In this document: in pieces, positions 29,721 through 41,245 of the stretch
Position numbering within the stretch: position 1 is the first letter of the stretch
Layout of the letters: every line of letters begins with the position of its first letter
Source of the DNA: Guillardia theta CCMP2712
Taxonomy: Eukaryota > Protista > Cryptophyta
Assembly (NCBI RefSeq): GCF_000315625.1
Contig: NW_005434537.1
Span: forward strand, 94,872-158,871
DNA: 64,000 nucleotides
Direction: 5' to 3'
Program-made: the position numbers and the translations under genes
Notes under the pieces: model-generated
Databases searched by the model: none
Seen by the model: only the letters and a program-made list of their open reading frames with translations
What the model was told of the DNA's origin: nothing

Positions 29721-31267
29721 CCCTCCCTTTGGGAAGCAAGTCAGAAGTCTGCAACCTTCTCAGCTTGTCAAAATCATCTGCTTAACAGCTAAGCAGCTGT
29801 CCCTTGCGATGTCCTCCTTTCCAACGCTCGCTCAAGCTTTACAAGCTGACTTCCATGCTGCTCACCTGACCATCAACATCTTTCCCAAGCTGACTTCCAT
29901 GCTGCTCTCCTCTCCAAGGTCATCTTGCTGCTACCACTCCATCAACCGTTCTGCACAGGCTCATCCCCCATCTTGCATGCCTCCTGCGCTCCTCCTTCGC
30001 TTCAAGTGTGCACCCTGGTGCGCCTGCGTTTCTCCTCCTGTGACACCTGCGCTCCTCCTCCGCTTGCGCTGCGGATGCAGTGCGGTCGCACCCCGCCAAC
30101 AGTGCACCTGTGCTGCTCCTCCACCTGCGCTGCGGCTTCTCCCCACCATCGTAGGGCCTGCGCTGCTCCTCCAGCGCTTGCGCTTCAGCAGCACTCCTGC
30201 AGCACCTGCGCTGTCCTCCTCTAGCGCATCCTGATGCTCGTGCACACGGGTTCCTCAGCTTGTACCATCCGCATGCCACAGAGACGCTCCTCATCCGCCT
30301 GCGCTGTCCGCATGCACCTGTGCTCCTCCTCACCTTCCATCATAAACTCTTCCCAGCTGCCTGCAGTGTCAGCTCAAGACTAAGTCCTGAACACATCTGC
30401 ATCTTTCAAGTCAGACAGCTCCTCCTCCTCTTCAACCTGATCCTCATGATGGGATTGGTCATCATGTGACCTCTCTGAAGCTTGCACATTGAGCAATGAA
30501 GACATCTCCACCCATTGATGATGCCAAGAATTTAGAATTCCAATCAAGCTCCAGAGATCAGGTACAGAATTCTTGCAATGCATTGATTGATCTCTGATTG
30601 TTTTGAACACAATTTTCTCGTTTCTAATCTATGGGCCCTTTCTATCCTATCTACCCCGGGGATCATTGTTTTGCCAAGGCACAATCATTTTTGACGTCAG
30701 CGCTTTCATTTCAACCACATGACTTATCGATCTCGACTCATCCGTCATTTCTTTCTCAATTTTCATTTTTTGGCCATTCAATTTCATCGTTCACTACCGT
30801 CATGGGTTCCATAGATCAGGATGAGCGAGTTTCTAAGATACTAACCTAGAACAGATGTCTTGGTTGCAGCTAGCCACAGGCTTGAGGAAGACGTGTCTGT
30901 CTTTATCCTCCTTCCGATTCATCCGATTCCTTCACGTTCTCCATGAGAGTCTCCTCGGTGACATCACCCGAGACACCCTCCCTGAATCGGATAGAAGACG
31001 GAAGACTGACAATTCTCGAGCGACACGGACTCGGTGGCAAGGGTCCGAGACACCCTCCCTGAATCGGAGAAAAGACGGAAGATAAAGCCTGGAAGCCACC
31101 GCAGCAGGATCGGTTGAATCTCCTTGTCGGAGACTGGAACTCGGATCACCGTCAATCACACACGGGGCATACAACTTTGGCGACTGGCGGCATGGGAACA
31201 GAGTAGCACTGTCCCTGACAGAAGCGCAGAGAGCATGAAGCGCAGAGAGCATGACAGGCGAGCATCC

Positions 31268-33352
31268 TCAGAGCAGCATATCCGGTAAGGGGTCTCCGAA
31301 GAGAAATTCACCAAGGAGCCTCCACCGATTCAAAGGCAGAACTTTCGTCAGCAAATCACCAGGCTGATAAGAAGTATGAATCTTTTCTGGATAGAGCTCG
31401 TCCTTTTCTACCAAATCAACAGCATACTTCGTTCGAATATCAATGTGTTTGAGTCGACTATAACTGCGCTTGTCCCACAAAAGCCTCAGACATGGTTCAT
31501 TGTCGATTAGCAAGAGAGTAGGACGAGTCTGCGTAAATCCCATCTGACCCAAGAGATTTCTATAAAGCTTGACTAGTTTTGCGCATGTGGTGGCAGCATA
31601 AATTTCCGCTTCTGAAGAACTCAGGGCAACAACCTTCTGCATTTTTGAACCAAAGACGACTACCCCACCATTCAGAACGATTCCATATCCGCTTTGACTC
31701 CGTCTCGTAATAATCTCGGTACCCCAACCAGCATCACTGAATGCAATCATCTCATTGACAAAACACTCCTGGTGGTAAGATACTCCGTGACAATGGTATA
31801 CGATCTGAACCTCCCGAGTAGTGTAAAGGTACTGTAGAAGATGAATTAAGGCATCCATATCGCACTGCCTAGGAGCCCGAGCAAAGCGACTAAGGACGCT
31901 CGTCGCGAATGCGATATCAACCCGCGTACAATTTGCCACGTAGAGAATGGACCCCAGAAGACTCTGATAAGTGCGGACTTCCTTCTTGTTCAACAACTTA
32001 CCCTCCAAGTGATAAGTCTTGAGATAGTGACCAGGTAATACCGTTTTGACACCCCTGGCAACGATTTGAAAGCGTTCAACAATCTTTTCAATGAAATGCT
32101 GTTGTGACAAAGTTATCCGACCCTGATCGTCATTCTGTTCTATTTTAATGCCCAAGAAGGTACCTGTTGCCTCACTCCCCGAAAAGTCGAATACTGTGTT
32201 GAGCTTCTCAAGAAACTCAATCTTAACTGCTTCAGTTTGAGAGACAATGAGTAAGTCATCCACGAAGACAGTCAGAAGCAAGACGTCCCCCGCACAGTTG
32301 GAGTATCGGTAGATGATCTCATCATGTCCTATCCCACTTGCTCCCACCGTCTTCAACACCTGCGTGAACTTAAGATACCATCTCCTTGGTGCAATGCGAA
32401 GTCCATAGAGCGACTTCAAGACTTTGAGGAGGCACTCAGGAGGAAGACTCATGATATCTGGAGGAATCAAATACACAGGAACCTCCAAGTCACCATACAA
32501 GAAAGCAGCAGAGATATCCCTGAATGTGATTCTCCAACGGTTGCCTGCCGCGATGCTCAGCAAGAGCCGGATATTGTCCAACGATGTAGTCGGTGCAAAC
32601 AATTCTTCAGATGAAGGAAGTAAGTTGCCCATGATAACTAGCCGCCCCTTTCGTTTCAAGATCTTGCCCTTCAAGTCTCGTTTTGAAGCATACACCCACA
32701 AGCCGCGAGCAAGGACAGAATGATTTGACTCCCTGTTTTTCTGATCACGCGTAACAACTTCCCAGACCCCACGACTTTCGATCTTCGCAATTTCCTCCTT
32801 TTCAGCCTGCTCCCAAAGATGCCGATCCGGACGACGTAACATCTCTGACCTTGTCTTGGGATCTGGTAACTTGTCAAAACTACTTTCGTTCTCCACATTT
32901 CCTGCATCGCAAGCCGCTGTCATCGCGTAATCTGCCTGATTCTCAGGCATTGCAGCTGGATTGTCACGGTCGGAAGACATCAGAGATAACAGGTCAGACG
33001 CCAGCTCCACCGCGTCCCATACGGGAGAGACCAACGCTAGATTCGCCACAAGAAGACGCGTATCCCTGAAAGTAGGGTCCACATTAGCACTGACCTGTGG
33101 GGCAGATGACACAGGATCGACATGCTGTAAACGAGTTTTGTACATCTCATCCCTCCATACTGGAACAAAACGCTGGGATGCTGGCTGAAGGCTTGTCCTG
33201 TCTTCCCCCCTGTCCCAAACATACAAGATCTCTTCAGATTCAGTCGACCCCTGCACAATATGTGTAACTTGCAGATACTGCGAAAATTGCTTGTGCTGGG
33301 AAAGTACAACCACTTCAGGCGAACCCCCAACTGTAGCTTCGACAACATCCAT
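31268..33352 (-). CDS. pol: Copia reverse transcriptase + RNase H
   Basis: KGRLVIMG, DISAAFLYG, KSLYGL, FVDDLL, FSDAGW, SSSEAE, KHIDIR, DLLTK. Confidence 0.95.
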   Translation of the reverse strand: MDVVEATVGGSPEVVVLSQHKQFSQYLQVTHIVQGSTESEEILYVWDRGEDRTSLQPASQRFVPVWRDEMYKTRLQHVDPVSSAPQVSANVDPTFRDTRLLVANLALVSPVWDAVELASDLLSLMSSDRDNPAAMPENQADYAMTAACDAGNVENESSFDKLPDPKTRSEMLRRPDRHLWEQAEKEEIAKIESRGVWEVVTRDQKNRESNHSVLARGLWVYASKRDLKGKILKRKGRLVIMGNLLPSSEELFAPTTSLDNIRLLLSIAAGNRWRITFRDISAAFLYGDLEVPVYLIPPDIMSLPPECLLKVLKSLYGLRIAPRRWYLKFTQVLKTVGASGIGHDEIIYRYSNCAGDVLLLTVFVDDLLIVSQTEAVKIEFLEKLNTVFDFSGSEATGTFLGIKIEQNDDQGRITLSQQHFIEKIVERFQIVARGVKTVLPGHYLKTYHLEGKLLNKKEVRTYQSLLGSILYVANCTRVDIAFATSVLSRFARAPRQCDMDALIHLLQYLYTTREVQIVYHCHGVSYHQECFVNEMIAFSDAGWGTEIITRRSQSGYGIVLNGGVVVFGSKMQKVVALSSSEAEIYAATTCAKLVKLYRNLLGQMGFTQTRPTLLLIDNEPCLRLLWDKRSYSRLKHIDIRTKYAVDLVEKDELYPEKIHTSYQPGDLLTKVLPLNRWRLLGEFLFGDPLPDMLL

Positions 33353-33371
33353 GATCTCATCCGCTGCACGA

Positions 33372-35089
33372 TCAGAGACAGGGTTTAAAAACTTTGGTAT
33401 GGTCGGTCATATCACCAAAGACGTTCGGTGGAAAGCTGCACGAGTAATAATCTGCTAACATGCAGACCTCTGATATTGTCTCCCCACTTGTAAGCACCAC
33501 CATTGCCTTCTGTTCGGTTTGTTCCAAAAACTTGATGTCAGGATCAGTGACAGACCGTAACACCCAGTAATTGTCGAGAGTTGGGAAAACAATCCGCGCG
33601 AGAAACTTTCCCTCCTTGAAAACCATCTGCAAAATTTTGCCTTGCTCTACTTGACCATTTACAAGAACTTCGACATCTCGATTGACATATTTGCTTTCCA
33701 AGACCCCTCGCTCCGCCTTGAAATCCCTCCGTGTTCTTCTGCCTGCTGGAGGAACTGGAGACATTGCACCGTCAGGCACATATTCGGTATCATCCCTCAA
33801 CCGATGCTCTCCTGTATCCTCCCGTTGATCTCCAGATGTCAGGCCTTGGACCGAGGAAGGTGGAAATTCCAATTGGAGGCGCTTGCTCGCGGAAACTTCA
33901 CTTGCGTCAGGACCAGAGCCTCCCTGACAGTGTCGCTTCCTGCCAGACGTTGCAACTTCCTCAGGAATTTGCAATTCTGTTTCACTCGCATTTTCCGAGG
34001 AGTCTTCGTCGTCATCAGATGCCACTGGTGCACAAGGTACTAGTTCCTTCAACAATTCATCCTCCACATTAGATGCCTGAAAACGTCGGCAACGTAATGG
34101 AAAATACAGCTCGTCAAACGTAAGATTATTCGTATGGACGATTCTATCATGCTCGATATCCCAAACCAAATACCCCACCTTATATCCAGAGAAAGCGCAC
34201 GCGTTTCCCAGATTTAAACCATCAATTGCTGGATCATCCACCTTTGACGTGCGTAGTTCATTCTTGAAGAAGGTGCTGCACCCAAAAACCTTGAGCTTGC
34301 GATAGTCAAACTGCTCGGTTGTATATATCAAGTATGGTGAGGAATACCCTAGATTTCGTCCACTAGGCAGAATGTTGTACAGTAATACTGCCTGCTGTAC
34401 GGAATATTCCCATTTGACAGGCCTGGGTACTCCGCTCTGACGTAGTAACGTCCGATGAATGGACATTACGCTTCTGATTCCACGTTCAGCGAACGCATTG
34501 TAGACCTGAGAGTACTCTGGAATTTTGTCATGTCGTATCCCATGATCAACGAAAAAGCTCTCCAGCTCCACAGAGCTGAATTCTGAACCGTTGTCAGATA
34601 CAATCTTCTGTACCTTAGGACGAAAGCTGTCACGATCCTCTTGTAACAGTATTTCCTTGAGGATAGCAGCCGTCTGACTTTTCGTGCGCATAGGTCGTAC
34701 TCGCACAAATCCGGAAAAGACGTCCACAATGATCAAGAAATATCTATAACCACCAGGCTCGGATTGTACAATCACGTCCTTCAAATCAATATGCCAGACT
34801 TGATTGACCTCTGATGCCCGCTCCTGTCGGAAATCCGACTGTCGATGGATCGGCCGTGAGACGAACTTTGCTATTCTACAGGTGTGACAAGGAGATTTCT
34901 TTAGGCGCCTGTCGTACGTGATATACTTCACCGAATCGGCTAGTAATTTTTGAATCTTTGCTTCCAGATGTCCGAGCCGAAGGTGCCAGATGGCCGATTC
35001 TGTCGCAGCTGACAATCTGGACTGCTCACACATGTTCTCCTCTGGCTTGAGAGTCACTAAACTTGATGGACCCCCACTGTAATTATCAC
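33372..35089 (-). CDS. pol: Copia integrase (GAG-pre-integrase + rve); out of frame with RT, 5' end disrupted
   Basis: WHLRLGH...CHTC, HIDL, SDNGSEF, NAFAER, LKVFGC. Confidence 0.92.
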
Positions 35090-35449
35090 CAGCCAACTGT
35101 CCTTTCATCCTGATAGGCCTTTGCCTTGCTGCAACAAAGGCCTCCACAGGGGTCCTTTCAGACGATTGTTGAGACGTCTTTGTGTGTATCGTCTTGTCTT
35201 GTTTTGTGTGTGTGTGTGTGAAAGAAATAAAAGAGAGTTAGATCTCCTTCTGTTTCACCGCTTTCCCTCTTAGTAGAGAAATCCAACGTGAGTTCTTATT
35301 GAACTGCGCTTGAAGGTCCACTCGAGAATCTTCGAGGTGTGACATAAAATTGGTAGCAAGGTTGTGATCGGTGATAGAGATCGAGTCTTCTCTCTCCCCC
35401 TCCCTTTCTCCACTGTTCTTCTGCTTCTTCCTACGCTTACGTCGCGTAG

Positions 35450-38400
35450 ATGTCCGGATACAATACTCGACTCGCAGCTCGCATGCTGGACGAGAATGCT
35501 ACGGATACTTTGGAACATGACTGGCAATCTGCTGCCGGCATTGACGACGATCTTCGTCCCGAATCGACCGAGGATCGGTCGCTCCAAAACATGTCTGCCG
35601 CGCTGCTGGAGGTTCAGCAGCGGTTGAACGCTCTCGAAGCTCCTGCTTCTTCTGAGGCGGTCCCGCCCGCCGCTCTCAAGCCTGGACCGCCCCCCATCTC
35701 CTCGCGTGACGGTCCTCAGCTGGTCTCTCTGGCTGATCAGCAATTGCTTGCTAAGTTGCGAAATCTCCCCAAGTTGGATACTGCCCGCCAAACTAGCGCC
35801 AACAATGTCTTGACATGGGTTCAAACCATTCAGTACTCCTTTGCTGTGTATGGTATCCCCCGAGCCAACTGGGTTGTCCATACCCTCGATTTACTGGATG
35901 CTCCAGTCCGCCAACACTTCGTGGCCAAGTACCCGCCAGAGACCTTTCGCCGCATGGAGTGGGATACATTTTCAGAGGAAATTCGTGAAAAATTCCTGCC
36001 TCCTCACCTGCTGTCGAATCTCATTCACCAACTCGACAATTTGAATCAAGACCGTCAGGAATCTCTTGCTTCGTATGCTGCCCGAACCCTGACCTTAATC
36101 GAGCAACTTCAGCTCCTTCCGGATGGTAAATTATTTGCGACGTCCTCACTGCTCTGCAAACGGTTCATTAATGGTGTCCGATCGCATATGACTGCTCTAC
36201 TCTTGAATCAGTGGGTGACTCTACAGCGTTCGGATGATGTTGACTTCCGTCAGCTCAGGGAGTACGCGCTCAAGATCGACAATCAGACCAGAACCAAAGA
36301 CCATTCGACGGGAGCAGATCCCCACCGGCAGCTCTACTCCGTGCAGGTGGGCAATCGCTCCTCTAATTCTAATGATCGCAAGAGTCGTCCTTCTGGCAAG
36401 GCTTCGGCCTTCAAAGAGCGCCGTGCTGCTCGGCAGGACGCCAGGAGTGCGGGAGACTCCTCGTCCCCAAACACATCGACCAATGCCATCCGTTGTTACA
36501 ACTGTGGCAAACTCGGACATCGATCTTCCGAGTGTCGTCGTACCCGCCGCAGTCAGAGTCCTGAACGTGAGCAGCCGTCCGACTCCTCCTCTCCGCCTCT
36601 GCTTGGCGCTGTTCAGACTTCCGACGACCGCAAGGCTGCTCCGTCCGTTGCAGCTAACAAGATTGCTGCTCGCTCGAAGACGCCTAAGCGCCGTCCTCAG
36701 GTGCATTTTGCTGAAGAACTGGAAGATGCAGTGCCTCTGGACGGTGACGCTCTCGAGGTACACTTGCATCCGATTGCACTCCATTCCCTTGGCTCTCAGG
36801 AGCACGGGGCGTCTTCAGGATCGCTTCTCTATCTGCCCATTGTACCACTCACCTCTCCGGTGCCAGCTACTACTTCCGAGATCCTGGCTTTGCTTGACTC
36901 GGGTGCTGAGATCAGTGTGATCTCGCGTCAGGTTGCGCGACAGCTCCAACTGACCACACAGCGTATTCCCGCCACGCTTACCGCTCAGTTCGCTCATGGC
37001 GACGCCAAGGTCGTGCTTCGTGAAACCTGTCTCCTGCCGTTTCGCATTGCAGGCACCAATGTTGAAACGCAAGAAACGTTCTTCATTTTGGACTCTCCAG
37101 CATCACTGCCGGCGATCTTGTCCCAACCGTTCATTGCCAAGATGAAAATGAATATCGACTTTCATTCCAAGCTCGTTACTATTCCCGCGCAGGATGGTAC
37201 TGCGGGGCGTCAACGCCTTCCGCTCGCATTTCACATCCCTGGTCCTGGCTCCGCGGCTATGCGGCAAGCCCAGTGTTTGCTTTTTCCCTGGCATGCGGAC
37301 TGGAACACGCTTCAGCCTCCTCCACCGGAGGATATGATGCCCTGGGTCATGGCGACCGTGTCCTCGCCTGTTTCTACCAGTTCGTTGGTCTCTCAGGTCG
37401 CCTCGTCGGCCTCGCCGCTCGCAGCTCAGGCCTTGCAGGAGCTACTCGAGGACTTTTCCGATGTTCTGGTGGACGAACTACCAATCCAGTCACCTGTCTC
37501 GCGGGGGCAGTATGACGTTGTCCTTCGGGTTCCTGATGACGTTCGTCCAATTCGTCGTCGTCCCTACCGACTTCCTGCGACGCTCCAGGAGGAGCTCGCT
37601 AAAACGATCGACTTCTTGTTGGCACGAGGCATCATCGAGCGGAACAATGATGTCATGTGGCAGAGTCCCGTCATCTTTGTTCGCAAAGGTCTTTCCTCTG
37701 AAGGAGTCCCTCAATTTCGTTTTTGTATTGATTATCGAGGAGTCAACAATCACCTCCTCGACGACAGTTTTCCGCCTCCCGTCCCTACCGAGCTCATGGA
37801 ACGGATCGGGCGAGTGCTCTCGCAGCGTACTGAGTCCAGTACGGATACCCTCTACTTCAGCAAGCTGGATATGGCCTCAGGATTCTGGCAGCTAGCTCTC
37901 ACTCCTGACAGCTCTCAATATACTGGGTTTGTTACTGAACAAGGATCCTACCAATTCCGCGCTCTGCCCTTTGGTCTAAAAACGGCCACAGCTGCCTTCC
38001 AGAAGTTCTCACAGGGCATCCTCGCAGGTATGGCCAACGTTTTAGTCTACGTCGATGATCTCTTACTCTTTTCCATGGGTAATCCTCGTTCACACCTACA
38101 GCAGGTGCGTCTCCTACTGGAGCGCCTCCGCCACCACCAGGTCTTCGTTAAACGGAGCAAGTGTGTGTTTCTTCAGACGCAGATCAGTTTTCTCGGATAT
38201 ACTTTGAATGCGCATGGGATTGCACCCGAAGCTAGCAAAGTTGCTGCCATCGAAGATTTTCCGCCTCCTGCATCTGTGAAACAACTTCGCCAATTTTTAG
38301 GCCTCGCCAATTTTTATCGGCGTTTCATCAAGAATTTTGCCAACTATGCTGCACCTCTCTCAGATCTGCTGAAAACCAGTCAACGTCGCTTCGTGTGGAC

Positions 38401-40498
38401 TCGGTCTGCTGAGACTGCTTTTGCCGCGCTCAAGACAGCTCTTACGCAGGCTCCAGTCTTGGCTCACTTCCGTTCTGATCGGCTGACCATCCTGTACACA
38501 GACGCTAGCGACCTGGCCATTGGAGCCGCGCTTCATCAGATCGATGAAAACAACGAGGAACATCCCGTTGCATTCTATGGCAAGAAACTCTCCTCCGCCG
38601 AACGCAATTACTCCACCTATGAGCGTGAGCTTCTTGCTCTCAAGGAAAGTCTCCGTCATTTTTCCTACTACTTGATTGGTCGTCGCTTTCGTGTATGTAC
38701 CGATCACCACAGCTTGATCAGATTGAACACCCAGTCTGAACTCTCTCCCCGCCTGGCTCGTTGGTTGTCTACCTTCCTTCAGTACGACATGGAGATCCAC
38801 CACATCCCTGGCGAAACTAACGTCGTTGCTGATGCCCTCAGTCGGATCTCAGGCGACTCGCCTGCTCCATCGTTCGCTCCCCAATCACCCGCTGATCTGA
38901 CTCAGGCTCATGATCGCGCTATGCGCGCTGAAGACATTGCTCGGGATCTTCTTGTTGGTCTTCATACCGTTCAGATGCTTACGGATTCCTCGTTCGTCTC
39001 CCAACTGATGCAGAACTACTCCACCTGTCCTGATTTTCAGGTTTTATACCAATTGGGCAAAGACGGTGAATTGCTCGGCCAACCGGGTTGTCGTCATTTT
39101 GAATTTTCGGATGACTTGCTCTACTATGTTGACTCTACCGGCAGGACGAGGATCTGTGTTCCTACCGCTATCCGCGCTGCTGTACTCCGCCTAGCGCATG
39201 ATGATGCCGGACATGTGGGTTCTGACAAAACCTACCTCTCACTTGTTGCCAAAGTCTACTGGAATAACATGAAGCGTGACGTCGAAAATTACGTGCATTC
39301 CTGCCTCATTTGCCAGGCTGCGAAGAACTACAAACAGAAACCCATCGGTTTGCCCAAGAGTCATGACGTTCCTGCTGACAAATTTGACGTCATCTCCGTC
39401 GATCTCCTCAGCGGACTTCCGACTACCTCCCAAGGTCATGATTCTCTCTTCGTCATGTTGGACTCGTTCTCGCAACATGTGACGCTGGCTCCAACTCACA
39501 AGTCTGCTACGACCCAGGAACTTGTGGATTTATTTCTCCAATACTTCTATCGCACTCGTGGTCTTCCTGCTGCAATCCTTTCGGATAATGGGCCAAATGT
39601 CTCCTCGCATTTTTGGGATACAGTATTTCAGACGCTAGGCGTTCAGGTACGCCACTCTTCCAAGTACTATCCCCAGGCCAATGGTCGCGTTGAACGGATC
39701 AATGCAACCATTCTGGATATGCTCCGCACTAAACTCGCTCAGGGTTCATCTGAATGGACAGTCCATCTTCCATTCATTGAGTTTGCCCTCAATCATGCCC
39801 CCCGTCGTGAAACAGGGTTATCTGCCTTTCAAGTGGAATACGGCAAGAATCCGCGCTCAGTTATGGATTTGACCCTTGATCAGGTTCTTCCTCAAGCCCG
39901 CACGACTGTCGACAACATACGTGCAGGTGAAAACCTTGTTCGAGATACCTTGGCCTCGATCGCCAATCGAGCAGAGACGCGTCTACTTCCTTCTCGCCGC
40001 CCGCTTCGATGGCAAGTTGGTGATTTGGTCTGGATCGACGCGCGTTTATTCAATCAGCAGTTTGAAATTCGCAAATTTCGAGATCGATACATTGGTCCTT
40101 TCCCTATCACCGAGGTTTGCAACAACAACAATTATCGAGTTGATGTTCGCCAGCGCTTCCCTCGCATGGATCAAGATGTTTTTAATGCCAAGTTCCTACG
40201 CCCCCATGTGCGCAGGAAAGATCATTTGCAACAGCCTGTGGTTTCCCAACCTGTGCCTGGATTCTACGAAGTGGCTCGCATCATCAATCATCGTCAACGT
40301 AATGGTGCGAAGCAATATCTGGTTCGTTGGAAGGGATTTTCCTCCGCCGACGACACTTGGGAACCTGTTGCCCATCTCTCGCGTACACCGGCGCTCCGTC
40401 AGTTGCTTCAGAAATATGAACAGCATCGCACGCGTCAAGATGCTTCTGCAGCTTCTCATGGACAGCGGCAGCGGCAGCGTCGTGCGCCTCTCCATTAG
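35450..40498 (+). CDS. gag-pol: Gypsy Gag-Pol polyprotein (Gag, CCHC knuckle, PR, RT, RH, IN, chromodomain)
   Basis: CYNCGKLGHRSSEC, LLDSGA, YVDD, TDAS, integrase HHCC/DDE, YLVRWKGF...DTWEP. Confidence 0.96.
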   Translation: MSGYNTRLAARMLDENATDTLEHDWQSAAGIDDDLRPESTEDRSLQNMSAALLEVQQRLNALEAPASSEAVPPAALKPGPPPISSRDGPQLVSLADQQLLAKLRNLPKLDTARQTSANNVLTWVQTIQYSFAVYGIPRANWVVHTLDLLDAPVRQHFVAKYPPETFRRMEWDTFSEEIREKFLPPHLLSNLIHQLDNLNQDRQESLASYAARTLTLIEQLQLLPDGKLFATSSLLCKRFINGVRSHMTALLLNQWVTLQRSDDVDFRQLREYALKIDNQTRTKDHSTGADPHRQLYSVQVGNRSSNSNDRKSRPSGKASAFKERRAARQDARSAGDSSSPNTSTNAIRCYNCGKLGHRSSECRRTRRSQSPEREQPSDSSSPPLLGAVQTSDDRKAAPSVAANKIAARSKTPKRRPQVHFAEELEDAVPLDGDALEVHLHPIALHSLGSQEHGASSGSLLYLPIVPLTSPVPATTSEILALLDSGAEISVISRQVARQLQLTTQRIPATLTAQFAHGDAKVVLRETCLLPFRIAGTNVETQETFFILDSPASLPAILSQPFIAKMKMNIDFHSKLVTIPAQDGTAGRQRLPLAFHIPGPGSAAMRQAQCLLFPWHADWNTLQPPPPEDMMPWVMATVSSPVSTSSLVSQVASSASPLAAQALQELLEDFSDVLVDELPIQSPVSRGQYDVVLRVPDDVRPIRRRPYRLPATLQEELAKTIDFLLARGIIERNNDVMWQSPVIFVRKGLSSEGVPQFRFCIDYRGVNNHLLDDSFPPPVPTELMERIGRVLSQRTESSTDTLYFSKLDMASGFWQLALTPDSSQYTGFVTEQGSYQFRALPFGLKTATAAFQKFSQGILAGMANVLVYVDDLLLFSMGNPRSHLQQVRLLLERLRHHQVFVKRSKCVFLQTQISFLGYTLNAHGIAPEASKVAAIEDFPPPASVKQLRQFLGLANFYRRFIKNFANYAAPLSDLLKTSQRRFVWTRSAETAFAALKTALTQAPVLAHFRSDRLTILYTDASDLAIGAALHQIDENNEEHPVAFYGKKLSSAERNYSTYERELLALKESLRHFSYYLIGRRFRVCTDHHSLIRLNTQSELSPRLARWLSTFLQYDMEIHHIPGETNVVADALSRISGDSPAPSFAPQSPADLTQAHDRAMRAEDIARDLLVGLHTVQMLTDSSFVSQLMQNYSTCPDFQVLYQLGKDGELLGQPGCRHFEFSDDLLYYVDSTGRTRICVPTAIRAAVLRLAHDDAGHVGSDKTYLSLVAKVYWNNMKRDVENYVHSCLICQAAKNYKQKPIGLPKSHDVPADKFDVISVDLLSGLPTTSQGHDSLFVMLDSFSQHVTLAPTHKSATTQELVDLFLQYFYRTRGLPAAILSDNGPNVSSHFWDTVFQTLGVQVRHSSKYYPQANGRVERINATILDMLRTKLAQGSSEWTVHLPFIEFALNHAPRRETGLSAFQVEYGKNPRSVMDLTLDQVLPQARTTVDNIRAGENLVRDTLASIANRAETRLLPSRRPLRWQVGDLVWIDARLFNQQFEIRKFRDRYIGPFPITEVCNNNNYRVDVRQRFPRMDQDVFNAKFLRPHVRRKDHLQQPVVSQPVPGFYEVARIINHRQRNGAKQYLVRWKGFSSADDTWEPVAHLSRTPALRQLLQKYEQHRTRQDASAASHGQRQRQRRAPLH

Positions 40499-40608
40499 GA
40501 ATTTTACGTGCTGCGCCTGGAGCGTGTCAGAGGAAAAACAGATTTGACAAGCTGAGAAAGCGAAGTTTTCTGAGTCCGGAGCACTCCAAGAAAGCGCAGA
40601 GAAGAGCG

Positions 40609-41245
40609 TGTCAGAGCTCATAGGAACCGAGCCCGAGTCAGGCAAAGGCCTATCAGGATGAAAGGACAGTTGGCTGTCTCGTACTCGTGTTCGAAGCTGA
40701 CTTCTCCTGGATGACCCAGGATACTCTACTCCAGTGTGAAGCTGCTGAAAGGACCCCTGTGGAGGCCTTTGTTGCAGCAACCGTGTACCCGTGGGGGACT
40801 TACAAGGTAAACAGAAGGGGTGCGTCTTGTGCAGTACGACCCGTTGGAAGCAGCTTGCTGCCATGCAAGGACGGGGTTCTCTTCCCTGCGAGAGAGCATG
40901 GTATCCTCTCGAAGGTCAGAAGGGATGCTTGTCAACTTCCAAGAACAGGACACCCCTCCTTTCTGTAGCCAAGAGACGGCACCCCTGGCTCATTCCTCGA
41001 AGCTATAAAAGGATGAAACTCGTCAGAGCTAGGTGGTCCTCTTCCCCTTTCGTGTGTGTGTCACGATTGTTGAGACGTCTTTGTGTGTATCGTCTTGTCT
41101 TGTTTTGTGTGTGTGTGTGTGAAAGAAATAAAAGAGAGTTAGATCTCCTTCTGTTTCACCGCTTTCCCTCTTAGTAGAGAAATCCAACGTGAGTTCTTAT
41201 TGAACTGCGCTTGAAGGTCCACTCGAGAATCTTCGAGGTGTGACA
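40609..41245 (+). repeat. Gypsy 3' LTR (637 bp)
   Basis: Preceded by the purine tract AGAAAGCGCAGAGAAGAGCG; TGTCA/TGACA inverted termini. Confidence 0.8.

Larger units (their letters stand above)
35162..41245 (+). mobile_element. Ty3/gypsy chromovirus nested in the copia; 5' LTR truncated
   Basis: 3' LTR 40609-41245 (TGTCA...TGACA, with TATAAAA and AATAAA). The 5' LTR remnant 35162-35344 matches its last 183 bp. PBS-like TGGTAGCA near 35351. Left TSD lost. Confidence 0.93.

Noticed and set aside
33372-33405. Programmed -1 frameshift (TTTAAAC) between copia IN and RT
   Set aside because: The RT frame is +1 relative to IN and the heptamer is in the wrong phase; more likely a single-base indel or sequencing error.
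41059-41245. Short 187-bp gypsy LTR starting at the internal TGTCAC
   Set aside because: The PPT and TATA box lie upstream, and U3-derived fragments at the left junction show the LTR was longer (start 40609).
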